64,000 nucleotides of DNA from a virus, in IMG/VR virus record IMGVR_UViG_3300043395_003072, positions 94,463 through 158,462 of that record; one strand, 5' to 3'. Below the pieces are notes generated by a model, which was not told the origin of the DNA, ran no database searches, and saw nothing but the letters and a program-made list of their open reading frames with translations. The position numbers and the translations under genes were made by a program. Below are positions 11,141 to 20,222 of this stretch, in pieces. How positions within the stretch are numbered: position 1 is the first letter of the stretch; each line of letters starts with the position of its first letter.

Positions 11141-14100
11141 TTATCCTCCTAGTGCTCTTGCAATTAACATTTGCATTTCAGGCATTCTATCATCAGTGTA
11201 ATGTATCTCTGCTCTAGATTGTTCTCCAGTACTAATTCTATTTAATACAATTTTACTTGAATCTAAATCTGATACATAATTGCTATTTCTAATTAAAGCA
11301 TTACGAGTCGCATTTCTATGCATACCACCAGGCTGATACATAAAAAGATCAGCCCCTTCAAGATAAGGTTTTCTTGATACGTTTCTCACTTGAGATTCCC
11401 ACATGTCGTAATCGTGTATTTCTTGACCTGAATTATCTACATATTTGACTTTAATATCTTCTATATCCACATCCTTATGCCAGCCTATCCAATCTACACT
11501 AGGCATTGGTTTATTTCTAAAATACTCTTCCATAAGGTACATTTTCTCTCTCATATACTCTTCATCAATTACTGCCTTATCACTAGATAATAAAGAAACA
11601 TTCTCACCAGAATCTATCCTTGACCATATATTCTGATATAAATGCTTTTGATCTTCAGGTACTAGCTCAAGGATTCTTTCTCTTTCATCTTTTTGAGCAT
11701 TAGCAAAAGCATCAAAAAATCTCTTATCTGCATTTGGTAACGCCAAATAAACAGAAAGTGCATCTCCATTAGGATTCACTCCTGTTCTAGTTCTAGCTGC
11801 TAAACTTATATATCTATTTCTATCTTTTTGGTTTTCAGCTTGCTCTGCTAATTGCATGTATTTCATAAATTGAAGTTTATCAAAATGCTCATTGATTTCT
11901 TCTTTTTTCGTAACATGCATAGGTTTGCTATCAACGCCCATTATTCTCGCTGCTGAATACATTGCTGGCCTGAACCAGTCCCTTATAGGAGAATCCCAGA
12001 AAGGGTTAGCTGTACCGTAAATTCTTTCTGTTTCATAGACTTCTATAGCATCTCTAGTGTGTCCTAGAAGTTTAGAAGCAGGTCTAAAACCACCAGGAAC
12101 TAAATACTCTGCAGCAGATAATCCAGTACGTATTGCACTAGTGCCTTTTTCGTACATATATTGAGTTATATCGGAAGCTATAGGGATTCTAATAGCGTTA
12201 GGGTGTGGCTCATAGTCTCTTGTAGCAGCAAGTCTTTTTTGATGGTTCTCTACAATGTTATCGAGCATTTTAGATTCATGCTCTGTTAAAATTCCAGCAG
12301 CTTTTCTTTCGTAAAGCTCTTGTTGCATTTTAATTGTTTGTCTGCTTTGCGGAGCTACATCAGCTAATATCTTATACTTATGAATTAATGGATAGTCTTC
12401 AGGGTCTAGTCCAGCTACATCAGGATTTAATGCTTCGTACCCTTTACCAGGTAATCTTGCTGAGCCATTAGCTATTGCTCTATAAGGGTCTCCTCGTTTT
12501 AACTTCTCCGGGATATAAGAAGGCATTGAGTTTATTAATGGGTTATAAGCCTCTATTTCTGCTCTTGGTCTTGGGAATAAACGTCTAATTGGCTCTGACA
12601 TAAAACCAAAGCCACCAAGTTCTTTTTCCCAATAATCTCCAATAGAAGAATCCATTGCAGTAGAAGTTGCATACACCGGACTCATCGTTCCTAATACTTC
12701 TCTACCAGTAAAAACTTTTTGTATTATATTTTTTGTATAACCAGTCAAACCTTCTATTTCTCTAAATGCATACTGAATTCTACCAAGTGCAGGCATTCCT
12801 TGATACGGAGAAACTGGTGATCCTGGAGGTATCTCTCCTAACTCAGGAGAAGAACCGTAGCCTTTAATATAAGCTTGCTCCACTTCTCCACTCTCTTGAT
12901 TCAATCTAAAGAGCTCATCTTCATGCATCAGTTTAGGTGGTTTTAATATCTGCCCAATTGTTGATGATAGTAAAGGCCCAAGCACTGGCATATCTTCAAA
13001 AGCTGCACCTGTCATTGGGTAGGGTCTATCTTGATAGTTCTTTTCCTCTAAGTAATAGGTGAAGTTCTTAAGCATGAATCTTGTTATTGGGTTAAAGTTC
13101 TCATAATCTTCCCCCCAAACAGATTTCTCATCAGACTTAGTCATTAACATCTTATAAGCGTGGGGTCTAAAATATGAAGTCTCCCCGCCTTCATAAGGAG
13201 TACCTCCAGCTTCCCACCATCGACCTTTCTTTATCTCTACAAGCTTCTCTCCTTCATATACTGCTTTAAGCTCATCAGGATCCTCCATCATTCCAAAGAA
13301 TGCGCCAGTCATCATTTGGTGTATAAAGGCAGTACCTAATACTAATGCTCCAAATCTTTTAACAATTGGAGCTGCGCTTAATGATTCTGCTACTTCTTCA
13401 TAAGTTTTATTTCTAACAAAACTTCCATCTTTAGCTCTTACATCTTGCTGAACTCCCCCTAGCTTGATATCTACTTCACCTTCAAGGGTAGCTCCAAAAA
13501 AAGAATGCACCATTTCTGCACCAAATATTTCAGTGCGCCTCATCATATTATTAATGAATCCAGATCCTGTTGAATATCTATTATTAATTTCTACGATTTT
13601 ATTTAATAAAGATTTATTTAAATCATTATCTTTATAATACCTTGTGTGAACTTCAGATCTTGTTGCGTGTGTTAATTTATAGTTCGTATCAAGTATTATT
13701 GATTTCAACCTTCCGCTATCTTGCTCATTTAACATTTCCCTTAAAAGCACTTCATTGTCTGAAAAGAAGCTTCTTAACTTTGATCTGGATTCTTTATCTA
13801 GATTATCTAAACTAACATTCTTTATTATAGAATCTAGCGAAGACTGATACCTTTCTAGAAGTTCTGTTTTTATCTGACCTTTCTGTAGTCTTTCTGCAAT
13901 TGGATTATACTTTAAGAATTCTTCTGTATGTTTATCTGCAATTTTCCCAAAACTAATAGCATTAAAAAGTGTTCGCATTTGGATATCTTGTCTTGATCCA
14001 GGCAAAGTCACGGATCCGACGATCCCAAGCCTATTTTCTATTGCTCCATAAACTCCTCTAAAAGCATTATCAAAAGAAGATGAAATTCCTTGCTTTGGTA

Positions 14101-15577
14101 CAGGTTTTCCTTCGGCTCTAGCTTGTTCTCTTAAAAGAAAGTCTTGGCCATAGTTGGTATAAGATAAAGCAGCTGCTCCAAGTCCTAAAAATAATCCAGT
14201 CGTAGTTTCTGTAAATCCAGGGAATAATCCTTCTATTCCCCTCCTGATATAAGACAATCCTGTATATTTTCCAATATAAGAACGCGCTATATCTAAATTT
14301 ACTGCTGTTGTTGCAATACCTTCTTTAATACCTTCATTAAATCCAGGAAGCAACATCTGTACTGCAAATGCTGCAGCCCCTAACTTGGCTGTTCCTTTTA
14401 AATCTTTAGTTGCATTGAAATACATTCCAGCAAGACCAAGGCTTATTCCTGTAGAAGCAACAAGATTTCCAGCAACTCCAAACTTTCTTCTATAGTGATC
14501 TACCGTTTCGAGCCCCATATAAACTGCACCTATTTTAGATGCTTTTAATCCTAACGAAAGAAACTGTTTATAGAATGGTCCTGGCTCTGTTTTTAAAGAT
14601 AAACCCGTATACTCACTAAACCTACCTAGCAGTTTTCCAACTACAGGCATTTGATTAAGCGTAGCATCTATTAATCTATTGTAACGTTGTATACCCGCAG
14701 TCAGTTGGGCTGCAGGTATAGCGGTTCTTCTTTTTAAATCACTTAAACTCTCGAGTTTTCCTCTCACTGATGGAACTAAAGCTAACCTGCTAGAATCTTC
14801 TGTGACCGAATCCACATACATGTTTGCATAGTTAATATCTTTTACATCCAAGTTTTGTAATATAGCTTGAGTTACAGGATTTAATTTAGTACGTGAGCTT
14901 GATGCTTCTAATGCATCAAGAGGTTCGTATGCATAACCTCTGAGCTGTACTGCTACATCATTAGATATTAAAGTTGGCTTTTTTGTTTTAGATGGTTCTA
15001 ACTTTATTTTCTTTTCAATGACTTTTCCTGAATCATCTTCAATTTTTTCAACTGTTTCATCTAGTTCTTCAAAAAATAAACTCCCCCTACCTCTTGCCTC
15101 TATGTCTTGCTCATAAACAAGCCTGTATCTATCTGTATTTATTCTATGACTTATTTGAGCATAAGCTTCATCTCCAATAGTTGCTCTTAAAATATTTTGA
15201 CTATCTTTGTTATTCTTTATAAATCTTGATTCAAATACATATCTCCCAACTTCTTTATTTGGATCTTGTAAAGAAGCAGCTTTTTCTAATTCTAATGCTG
15301 CTGGACTTAATCCTATTGAAGCATACTCTGGAATTCTTAAAGTGTTTAATAGCCCACCAAGCTTTTCATTAAGAATATTTCTTACTTGTTTTTGACCTAT
15401 ATCATATACACTATATTCGCTTCCTTGCGAATAAGCTTTAGAAGCTAAATAGCGCCCACCAAAGTACAAACCACCATAAGGCAACAAGGACATTCCAGCT
15501 TCTACTAAAGGGTGCATTTCTGGCTCTTGTTGAAGTGCAGAGTAGTATACCCCGCCTTGTCCTTGCTGAGTATACAT
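11141..15577 (-). CDS. Tape-measure-like / ejected virion protein
   Basis: 1478 aa, helical-looking, with several Gly/Ala-rich hydrophobic segments. It follows the tube and chaperone-like genes. Confidence 0.5.
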   Translation of the reverse strand: MYTQQGQGGVYYSALQQEPEMHPLVEAGMSLLPYGGLYFGGRYLASKAYSQGSEYSVYDIGQKQVRNILNEKLGGLLNTLRIPEYASIGLSPAALELEKAASLQDPNKEVGRYVFESRFIKNNKDSQNILRATIGDEAYAQISHRINTDRYRLVYEQDIEARGRGSLFFEELDETVEKIEDDSGKVIEKKIKLEPSKTKKPTLISNDVAVQLRGYAYEPLDALEASSSRTKLNPVTQAILQNLDVKDINYANMYVDSVTEDSSRLALVPSVRGKLESLSDLKRRTAIPAAQLTAGIQRYNRLIDATLNQMPVVGKLLGRFSEYTGLSLKTEPGPFYKQFLSLGLKASKIGAVYMGLETVDHYRRKFGVAGNLVASTGISLGLAGMYFNATKDLKGTAKLGAAAFAVQMLLPGFNEGIKEGIATTAVNLDIARSYIGKYTGLSYIRRGIEGLFPGFTETTTGLFLGLGAAALSYTNYGQDFLLREQARAEGKPVPKQGISSSFDNAFRGVYGAIENRLGIVGSVTLPGSRQDIQMRTLFNAISFGKIADKHTEEFLKYNPIAERLQKGQIKTELLERYQSSLDSIIKNVSLDNLDKESRSKLRSFFSDNEVLLREMLNEQDSGRLKSIILDTNYKLTHATRSEVHTRYYKDNDLNKSLLNKIVEINNRYSTGSGFINNMMRRTEIFGAEMVHSFFGATLEGEVDIKLGGVQQDVRAKDGSFVRNKTYEEVAESLSAAPIVKRFGALVLGTAFIHQMMTGAFFGMMEDPDELKAVYEGEKLVEIKKGRWWEAGGTPYEGGETSYFRPHAYKMLMTKSDEKSVWGEDYENFNPITRFMLKNFTYYLEEKNYQDRPYPMTGAAFEDMPVLGPLLSSTIGQILKPPKLMHEDELFRLNQESGEVEQAYIKGYGSSPELGEIPPGSPVSPYQGMPALGRIQYAFREIEGLTGYTKNIIQKVFTGREVLGTMSPVYATSTAMDSSIGDYWEKELGGFGFMSEPIRRLFPRPRAEIEAYNPLINSMPSYIPEKLKRGDPYRAIANGSARLPGKGYEALNPDVAGLDPEDYPLIHKYKILADVAPQSRQTIKMQQELYERKAAGILTEHESKMLDNIVENHQKRLAATRDYEPHPNAIRIPIASDITQYMYEKGTSAIRTGLSAAEYLVPGGFRPASKLLGHTRDAIEVYETERIYGTANPFWDSPIRDWFRPAMYSAARIMGVDSKPMHVTKKEEINEHFDKLQFMKYMQLAEQAENQKDRNRYISLAARTRTGVNPNGDALSVYLALPNADKRFFDAFANAQKDERERILELVPEDQKHLYQNIWSRIDSGENVSLLSSDKAVIDEEYMREKMYLMEEYFRNKPMPSVDWIGWHKDVDIEDIKVKYVDNSGQEIHDYDMWESQVRNVSRKPYLEGADLFMYQPGGMHRNATRNALIRNSNYVSDLDSSKIVLNRISTGEQSRAEIHYTDDRMPEMQMLIARALGG

Positions 15578-15580
15578 TTA

Positions 15581-16294
15581 TTAACCTTTCTTTCTTGCGT
15601 CTAGCTTTCTCGCCATTGCTTCTTTAGATAACCTAGCTCGCTCTTCTTCTATGAATCTTTGCTGAGCTTCTTGCACTTCCCAATATCCGAGCTGCTGTTC
15701 TTCATACATAGGATTAAAAGCTACTTCTTGTTGAGGCTTTTCTTTTTTCTTTTCCTCAACAACTGCAGTTTCTTCTATCTTTCCGTAAAGCTCTTCATAA
15801 ATCTTTTTAAGATCCATTCTTTGGTAACCAGGTACACTTTTACTTAACTTGTTCTCAGCTGATACAAAGTTAGATATAAACTGTTTCTCGGTCATCTCTT
15901 CTATATCTTTAGGAACCATAGAGGAGAAGGCATAGAATATAGTGCTTTTCATATGTTCGTATAGAGAGTCCGGAGACTTCTCTTGTCTTTCTTTTGCTAT
16001 TTCTAGTAAGAATTCTTCACCACTTTTAGCTCCTGATAATTCAAATATTAAACCACCAGTAGATATGATATATCCAGCTGGGATATTTTTATTTAAAAGC
16101 TCTACTTCACCAAGAAAACAAATATTAAAAACTTCTTCATAAATAAAAAAAGGCGGGATCTTGCCTGCCTTAATTAACTTATTAAAGAAGTTAAACTCTT
16201 TTATTTTTAAGAGTTTAAAATCAAAACTTAAATAATCATCAAATACTATTCTATAGAGCTCAGAATTTAATTCTAAAGCTCTTGTTAATTTCAT
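15581..16294 (-). CDS. Putative tail assembly chaperone
   Basis: 237 aa, between the tube genes and the tape-measure-like gene; overlaps the upstream stop. Confidence 0.4.
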   Translation of the reverse strand: MKLTRALELNSELYRIVFDDYLSFDFKLLKIKEFNFFNKLIKAGKIPPFFIYEEVFNICFLGEVELLNKNIPAGYIISTGGLIFELSGAKSGEEFLLEIAKERQEKSPDSLYEHMKSTIFYAFSSMVPKDIEEMTEKQFISNFVSAENKLSKSVPGYQRMDLKKIYEELYGKIEETAVVEEKKKEKPQQEVAFNPMYEEQQLGYWEVQEAQQRFIEEERARLSKEAMARKLDARKKG

Positions 16295-17181
16295 AGCTGA
16301 GTCGTTAATAGCATCGCTTGTTGAGGTGTTAAGAAGCCGCTATTAAGTAGTATCATCTGATACAGAGAATCTAGCACTCCAGCCTTACAATACTCAAGCC
16401 AGTTATTATTGAGGCTAGGATAGAGTACGCAATACATTACCACTTTCTCTTTAAGCTTCTCCTCTACTTCATCAGCATCCTCGCTTTCACGAAGCTTATT
16501 CATTAGCTCTTTAATCTTCTTCCATTCGCTTCTAGTGAGATGGTGATATACATATACTTCGCCTTCTCCAAAAGCCATTACATGAATACCTGTCCTCCCA
16601 TAACGATCTTTCCACGCTTGGATAGTATCGTATGAAGGAGGATTAGGTTCTTGAGCAAGTAGCTCCATAATTTGGTCTCTAACTACAAATGGCTCTTGTC
16701 TTGGAGTTTCTTGAACTACTGGAGCTGGGGGAGGAGCTGGAGGAGCTTTCTTTCTTTCAATTTCATTAGAAAGTTTATTAAGCTCTGCATCTAAATCAAT
16801 CATAGGTTCTACCTTTTCAATAGGTTTAATTAGCTGCTCAATTATAGTCTTGGGCTCTTCAACTATAGGAGCCTCAATAGGCTTTAGCAACTCTTTTTTT
16901 GCTTCTAAAGCTTGTTGCCTTTTTCTTTCTCTGCGATACTTTGGAGCGTTTAATAACTCTTCAGTTTCTCTTTTTTTTTGAGCCTCAAGTTCTATTGCCC
17001 TTACTTCTTCTTCAATAGCTTTTACTTCTTGATCCATAGGAATAAAAGCAGAAGGAGGCAATGACTTGATAATAGAATCTGCACTAGGAGATTTTCTTTT
17101 AAGTGCATTAAGAGCTTTTTCTGAAACAGGGCTTCCAAACATTACTAAGTTGTCATCTAGTTTTCTGCCTTCAAATCCCAT
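16291..17181 (-). CDS. Putative tail assembly chaperone
   Basis: 296 aa. Charged N-terminus, C-terminal IQAWKDRYG...VYVYHHLTRSEWK...CVLYP...SGF pattern as seen in myophage tail chaperones; consistent position. Confidence 0.5.
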   Translation of the reverse strand: MGFEGRKLDDNLVMFGSPVSEKALNALKRKSPSADSIIKSLPPSAFIPMDQEVKAIEEEVRAIELEAQKKRETEELLNAPKYRRERKRQQALEAKKELLKPIEAPIVEEPKTIIEQLIKPIEKVEPMIDLDAELNKLSNEIERKKAPPAPPPAPVVQETPRQEPFVVRDQIMELLAQEPNPPSYDTIQAWKDRYGRTGIHVMAFGEGEVYVYHHLTRSEWKKIKELMNKLRESEDADEVEEKLKEKVVMYCVLYPSLNNNWLEYCKAGVLDSLYQMILLNSGFLTPQQAMLLTTQL

Positions 17182-17182
17182 A

Positions 17183-17611
17183 TTATCTTACTCCATTTAT
17201 TAAGTTTCTTCCAATAAAAGAATATTCCTCAAGAATTACCTGCTCGCTTATTTGAATAGTTTGACCCATTGATACAAGAAAGCAACTTTGAATTATTCTG
17301 CTTTTTGATTTATCATTTCCAAATATTATACTTATATCAAATTTTGGCAATAAAAAATTGCTATTAGCACTATTGTCACCACCTAAAAGATTAATTATAT
17401 AGTTTGGCTCAGTATAGTTGATTACAAAATTTCCTTGAATTATTTCTCTTCCAGGAAGCATAGCGTCAAAACTAGTCGAGCCATAACCATATATTGGTTG
17501 CTGACTATTCTGAAGAGAATAAGATATACCCGCGCACTCTATCAATTTATTATTATTGACTTCTATATAAGTATTGGCACCTGAAAAATATTGATAGTTG
17601 CTAAAATTCAT
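17183..17611 (-). CDS. Tail tube-like protein (paralogue 3)
   Basis: 142 aa. Shares YFSGAN / ISYS.Q..QPIYGYGS / G.EIIQG / LPKFDI motifs with the 19234-20193 product. Confidence 0.65.
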   Translation of the reverse strand: MNFSNYQYFSGANTYIEVNNNKLIECAGISYSLQNSQQPIYGYGSTSFDAMLPGREIIQGNFVINYTEPNYIINLLGGDNSANSNFLLPKFDISIIFGNDKSKSRIIQSCFLVSMGQTIQISEQVILEEYSFIGRNLINGVR

Positions 17612-19161
17612 TTACTTTCTCCAAATAAGTAATCTGTTAAACCACGGCGTTTTCCAACATTTATCTCTTCTTCAACGTTTCCAACATTTATTCTTTCTAC
17701 AATATTTTCTGCTCCACTTGATATTGTGTACGCTTCTTTTATTGTTTCTTCAGTGTCTGTTTTTGACGCCCTAAACATTGCTACATCTTCCGCTACAAAC
17801 TGAATTACAACTTCCGTTACCATGTCGTTTACCGAAGTAACAATACTTTCTCCAGTTATCTCAATACCCTTAATGATCATAGAAGCTCCACCGAAGTTAT
17901 TTTCTTTCTCGTTATAAACTTCTGTTTGATATCTTAACATCAAATTAAATTTGCTTATCAAACTGCTTAGTTTTGAAGTACCAAAAAAAGATGTGTTAAT
18001 TTTTCCTGTCAAACTCCCTCTTCCTTTTTCTTGATCTAATGAATAGTAATAGTAATTCAAATCAATATTTGACGGATCTTTTGCTATTAAACTTCTTAAT
18101 GGATGATCTTCAATAATTAAAAATACCATAGTTCCAGCAATAGTTCTTATTGCTTTTGTAAAGCCTGAAACCCCTACATGCCCAAGTCTTCTAACTGGAG
18201 CCTTTGCATCATGTATTGATACTGAGATTGTTGCTAAAGAACTTAAGCGCACAGGACTATTTAACCATTTAAATAAAATTTCGTCTTTATAACTCTCGTC
18301 AACTATATCACTTTTTATCAATTTTTCTTCTTTTATTTCTTTCATTTCCATAAATTTTCCATACTGTGTTTTATAAACTTTAAGTTTATAATCGTAAACT
18401 TTAATGTCACTATCATACTTTTCTTTATCTATTTTATATTTTTCTAAATTAGCTAAATGGTTAGCTAGTAATATATTATATGCTATAACCTCTGCATCAT
18501 AAAGAAGTTGCATGTCTAGATTGTAAACGAGTATTAAATCATTTGCACTTTCAAAAAGAAAAGATCGAATATCACCTTCTAGTAAACTCTTACTTTGATC
18601 AACAAAATCTTTTCCTTCTGGACCTAAAGATTCTCGAGCTGCTATTAATAAATTCAAAAATTGATCTATAATGTTTACATAATCATTTAACTCAGTATCA
18701 TCTGCCAACCCATCAACTTCACTAAAATATGTATTTTTTATATAATCTGGTTTAAAACTACTTAAAGTTAAACTAATTAAATCTTCTATTTGTTCTTTTT
18801 GTGCCTGGCTAAGACTTCCATCATTATTAGGATCAGAGGGTAAATTTAATATTTCATCTATTTTATTTAAAATAGTATTAGATATATTATTTAACTCATC
18901 ATTATTAGGGAGGTAATTTAATGCTTTTAAAACCGGTGGATCTTTTCCTAACTCCCCTGGATCTAAAGGTTCTGTTGGTGGCGCTGGCTTTATAGGCTCT
19001 TCCATGTTAGGATATCTTTTTTCATATCTTGTTACAGTTTCAAAATATTCAATAGTTTTAGTTTTTTTTCTTTTACTCGCTTCTTCGTATATCTTGTCTG
19101 TACCTTCAAACCAAGCATACGCTTTGCAGTCAGCTCCTGAGTATGAATAAGTATATGTCAT
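17608..19161 (-). CDS. Tail tube-like protein with a large insertion (paralogue 2)
   Basis: 517 aa. N-terminal YSYSGAD and C-terminal KAPVRRLG..GFTKAIRTIAGTM match the tube paralogue, separated by about 280 residues of Pro-rich and helical sequence. Confidence 0.6.
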   Translation of the reverse strand: MTYTYSYSGADCKAYAWFEGTDKIYEEASKRKKTKTIEYFETVTRYEKRYPNMEEPIKPAPPTEPLDPGELGKDPPVLKALNYLPNNDELNNISNTILNKIDEILNLPSDPNNDGSLSQAQKEQIEDLISLTLSSFKPDYIKNTYFSEVDGLADDTELNDYVNIIDQFLNLLIAARESLGPEGKDFVDQSKSLLEGDIRSFLFESANDLILVYNLDMQLLYDAEVIAYNILLANHLANLEKYKIDKEKYDSDIKVYDYKLKVYKTQYGKFMEMKEIKEEKLIKSDIVDESYKDEILFKWLNSPVRLSSLATISVSIHDAKAPVRRLGHVGVSGFTKAIRTIAGTMVFLIIEDHPLRSLIAKDPSNIDLNYYYYSLDQEKGRGSLTGKINTSFFGTSKLSSLISKFNLMLRYQTEVYNEKENNFGGASMIIKGIEITGESIVTSVNDMVTEVVIQFVAEDVAMFRASKTDTEETIKEAYTISSGAENIVERINVGNVEEEINVGKRRGLTDYLFGESK

Positions 19162-19179
19162 TTTGCTTTCCTCCTAATG

Positions 19180-19200
19180 AAAAAGGGGCTTACGCCCCTT
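19180..19200 (-). terminator. Intrinsic terminator after the major tube gene
   Basis: Minus strand reads AAGGGGC-GTAA-GCCCCTT-TTT: a GC stem, GNRA loop and U tract. Confidence 0.7.
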
Positions 19201-19233
19201 CAATTACATTTTATATTTTATATAACTTATTAA

Positions 19234-20193
19234 TCAAATTCTTTGACGAACCCAATCAACCGCCCCATCGATAGCAATGCTTGCGGCATCAATTGCACTG
19301 TCTACGCGTCCGCCTATAGTTTGTTGAGCAGAGCTCGGTTGTGTTTCTACTTGTGCTTGCTGAACTTCAGAGTAGCCACTAGCGCCCTTTAAACCACTTC
19401 CATTTCTATTGCTACTACCATTATTCCAATTATAAAGCTGTTCACGTGCTGAATGGCCACCAATTTGCATATCAAAAGTTCTCCAAGGAAGAATTGTGCG
19501 GCACACATAAGTCATTTGGTTTTCAATTACGATATCATCAATCGAGAAACCAGAACCCTCATTAAGAATCTCACAACCATATAAACGCATTTGAGCCGAT
19601 TGGCCATATTCATTAACTGCAAGAATTGTTATATCAAAAGGAAGTATTTGATCTACATAAAATACAGGGGCAATAGCATAGTTATTACCAACCTGGTTAA
19701 CATCATATGTTCCTCCAACTTGTAATCTCTGATACGCTCCGCTTGCAGTTGCACCACTTTCTCCAATTTTACCCTCGTTATTATTTAAAGTAGATCCAAA
19801 CTGAGCGCCTCCAACATTTACTAATGCTACTGAAGTGTCGGTCTCGTTGTTAACATTTCCAAGTGCTTTTGTATCAGCTGCTCTATCTTTTCCATTTCCA
19901 ACTTGAGCAAACACTTCATCCTTGTCTCCCAGGTATTTCTCTCCAGTAAATACTGGAGACATTAAGATGTGAGTATCAAGCATTAGTGAAATCATAGTAC
20001 CAGCAATACCACGCTTACCGCGAGAGTAAGAGATTGGATCTACTGAGCCCATGACGTAGATAGGAGCTTTCTCACGCTGAATAGCATAAGACAAAGCTTG
20101 CATTGATCCAGCTTGCTTGCCGTTGATAATTACACGAATATCAACGCCAGAATAAGATGTATAAGTTCTAGAAAGATCTAGTGAAGTTGCCAT
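19234..20193 (-). CDS. Major tail tube protein
   Basis: 319 aa, immediately downstream of the sheath. Contains REKAPIYVMGS..SRGKRGIAGT and LPFDITI..NEYG motifs and is followed by a terminator. Confidence 0.75.
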   Translation of the reverse strand: MATSLDLSRTYTSYSGVDIRVIINGKQAGSMQALSYAIQREKAPIYVMGSVDPISYSRGKRGIAGTMISLMLDTHILMSPVFTGEKYLGDKDEVFAQVGNGKDRAADTKALGNVNNETDTSVALVNVGGAQFGSTLNNNEGKIGESGATASGAYQRLQVGGTYDVNQVGNNYAIAPVFYVDQILPFDITILAVNEYGQSAQMRLYGCEILNEGSGFSIDDIVIENQMTYVCRTILPWRTFDMQIGGHSAREQLYNWNNGSSNRNGSGLKGASGYSEVQQAQVETQPSSAQQTIGGRVDSAIDAASIAIDGAVDWVRQRI

Positions 20194-20222
20194 GTTTCTT
20201 TATCCTTTATAATTAGCGTTGA

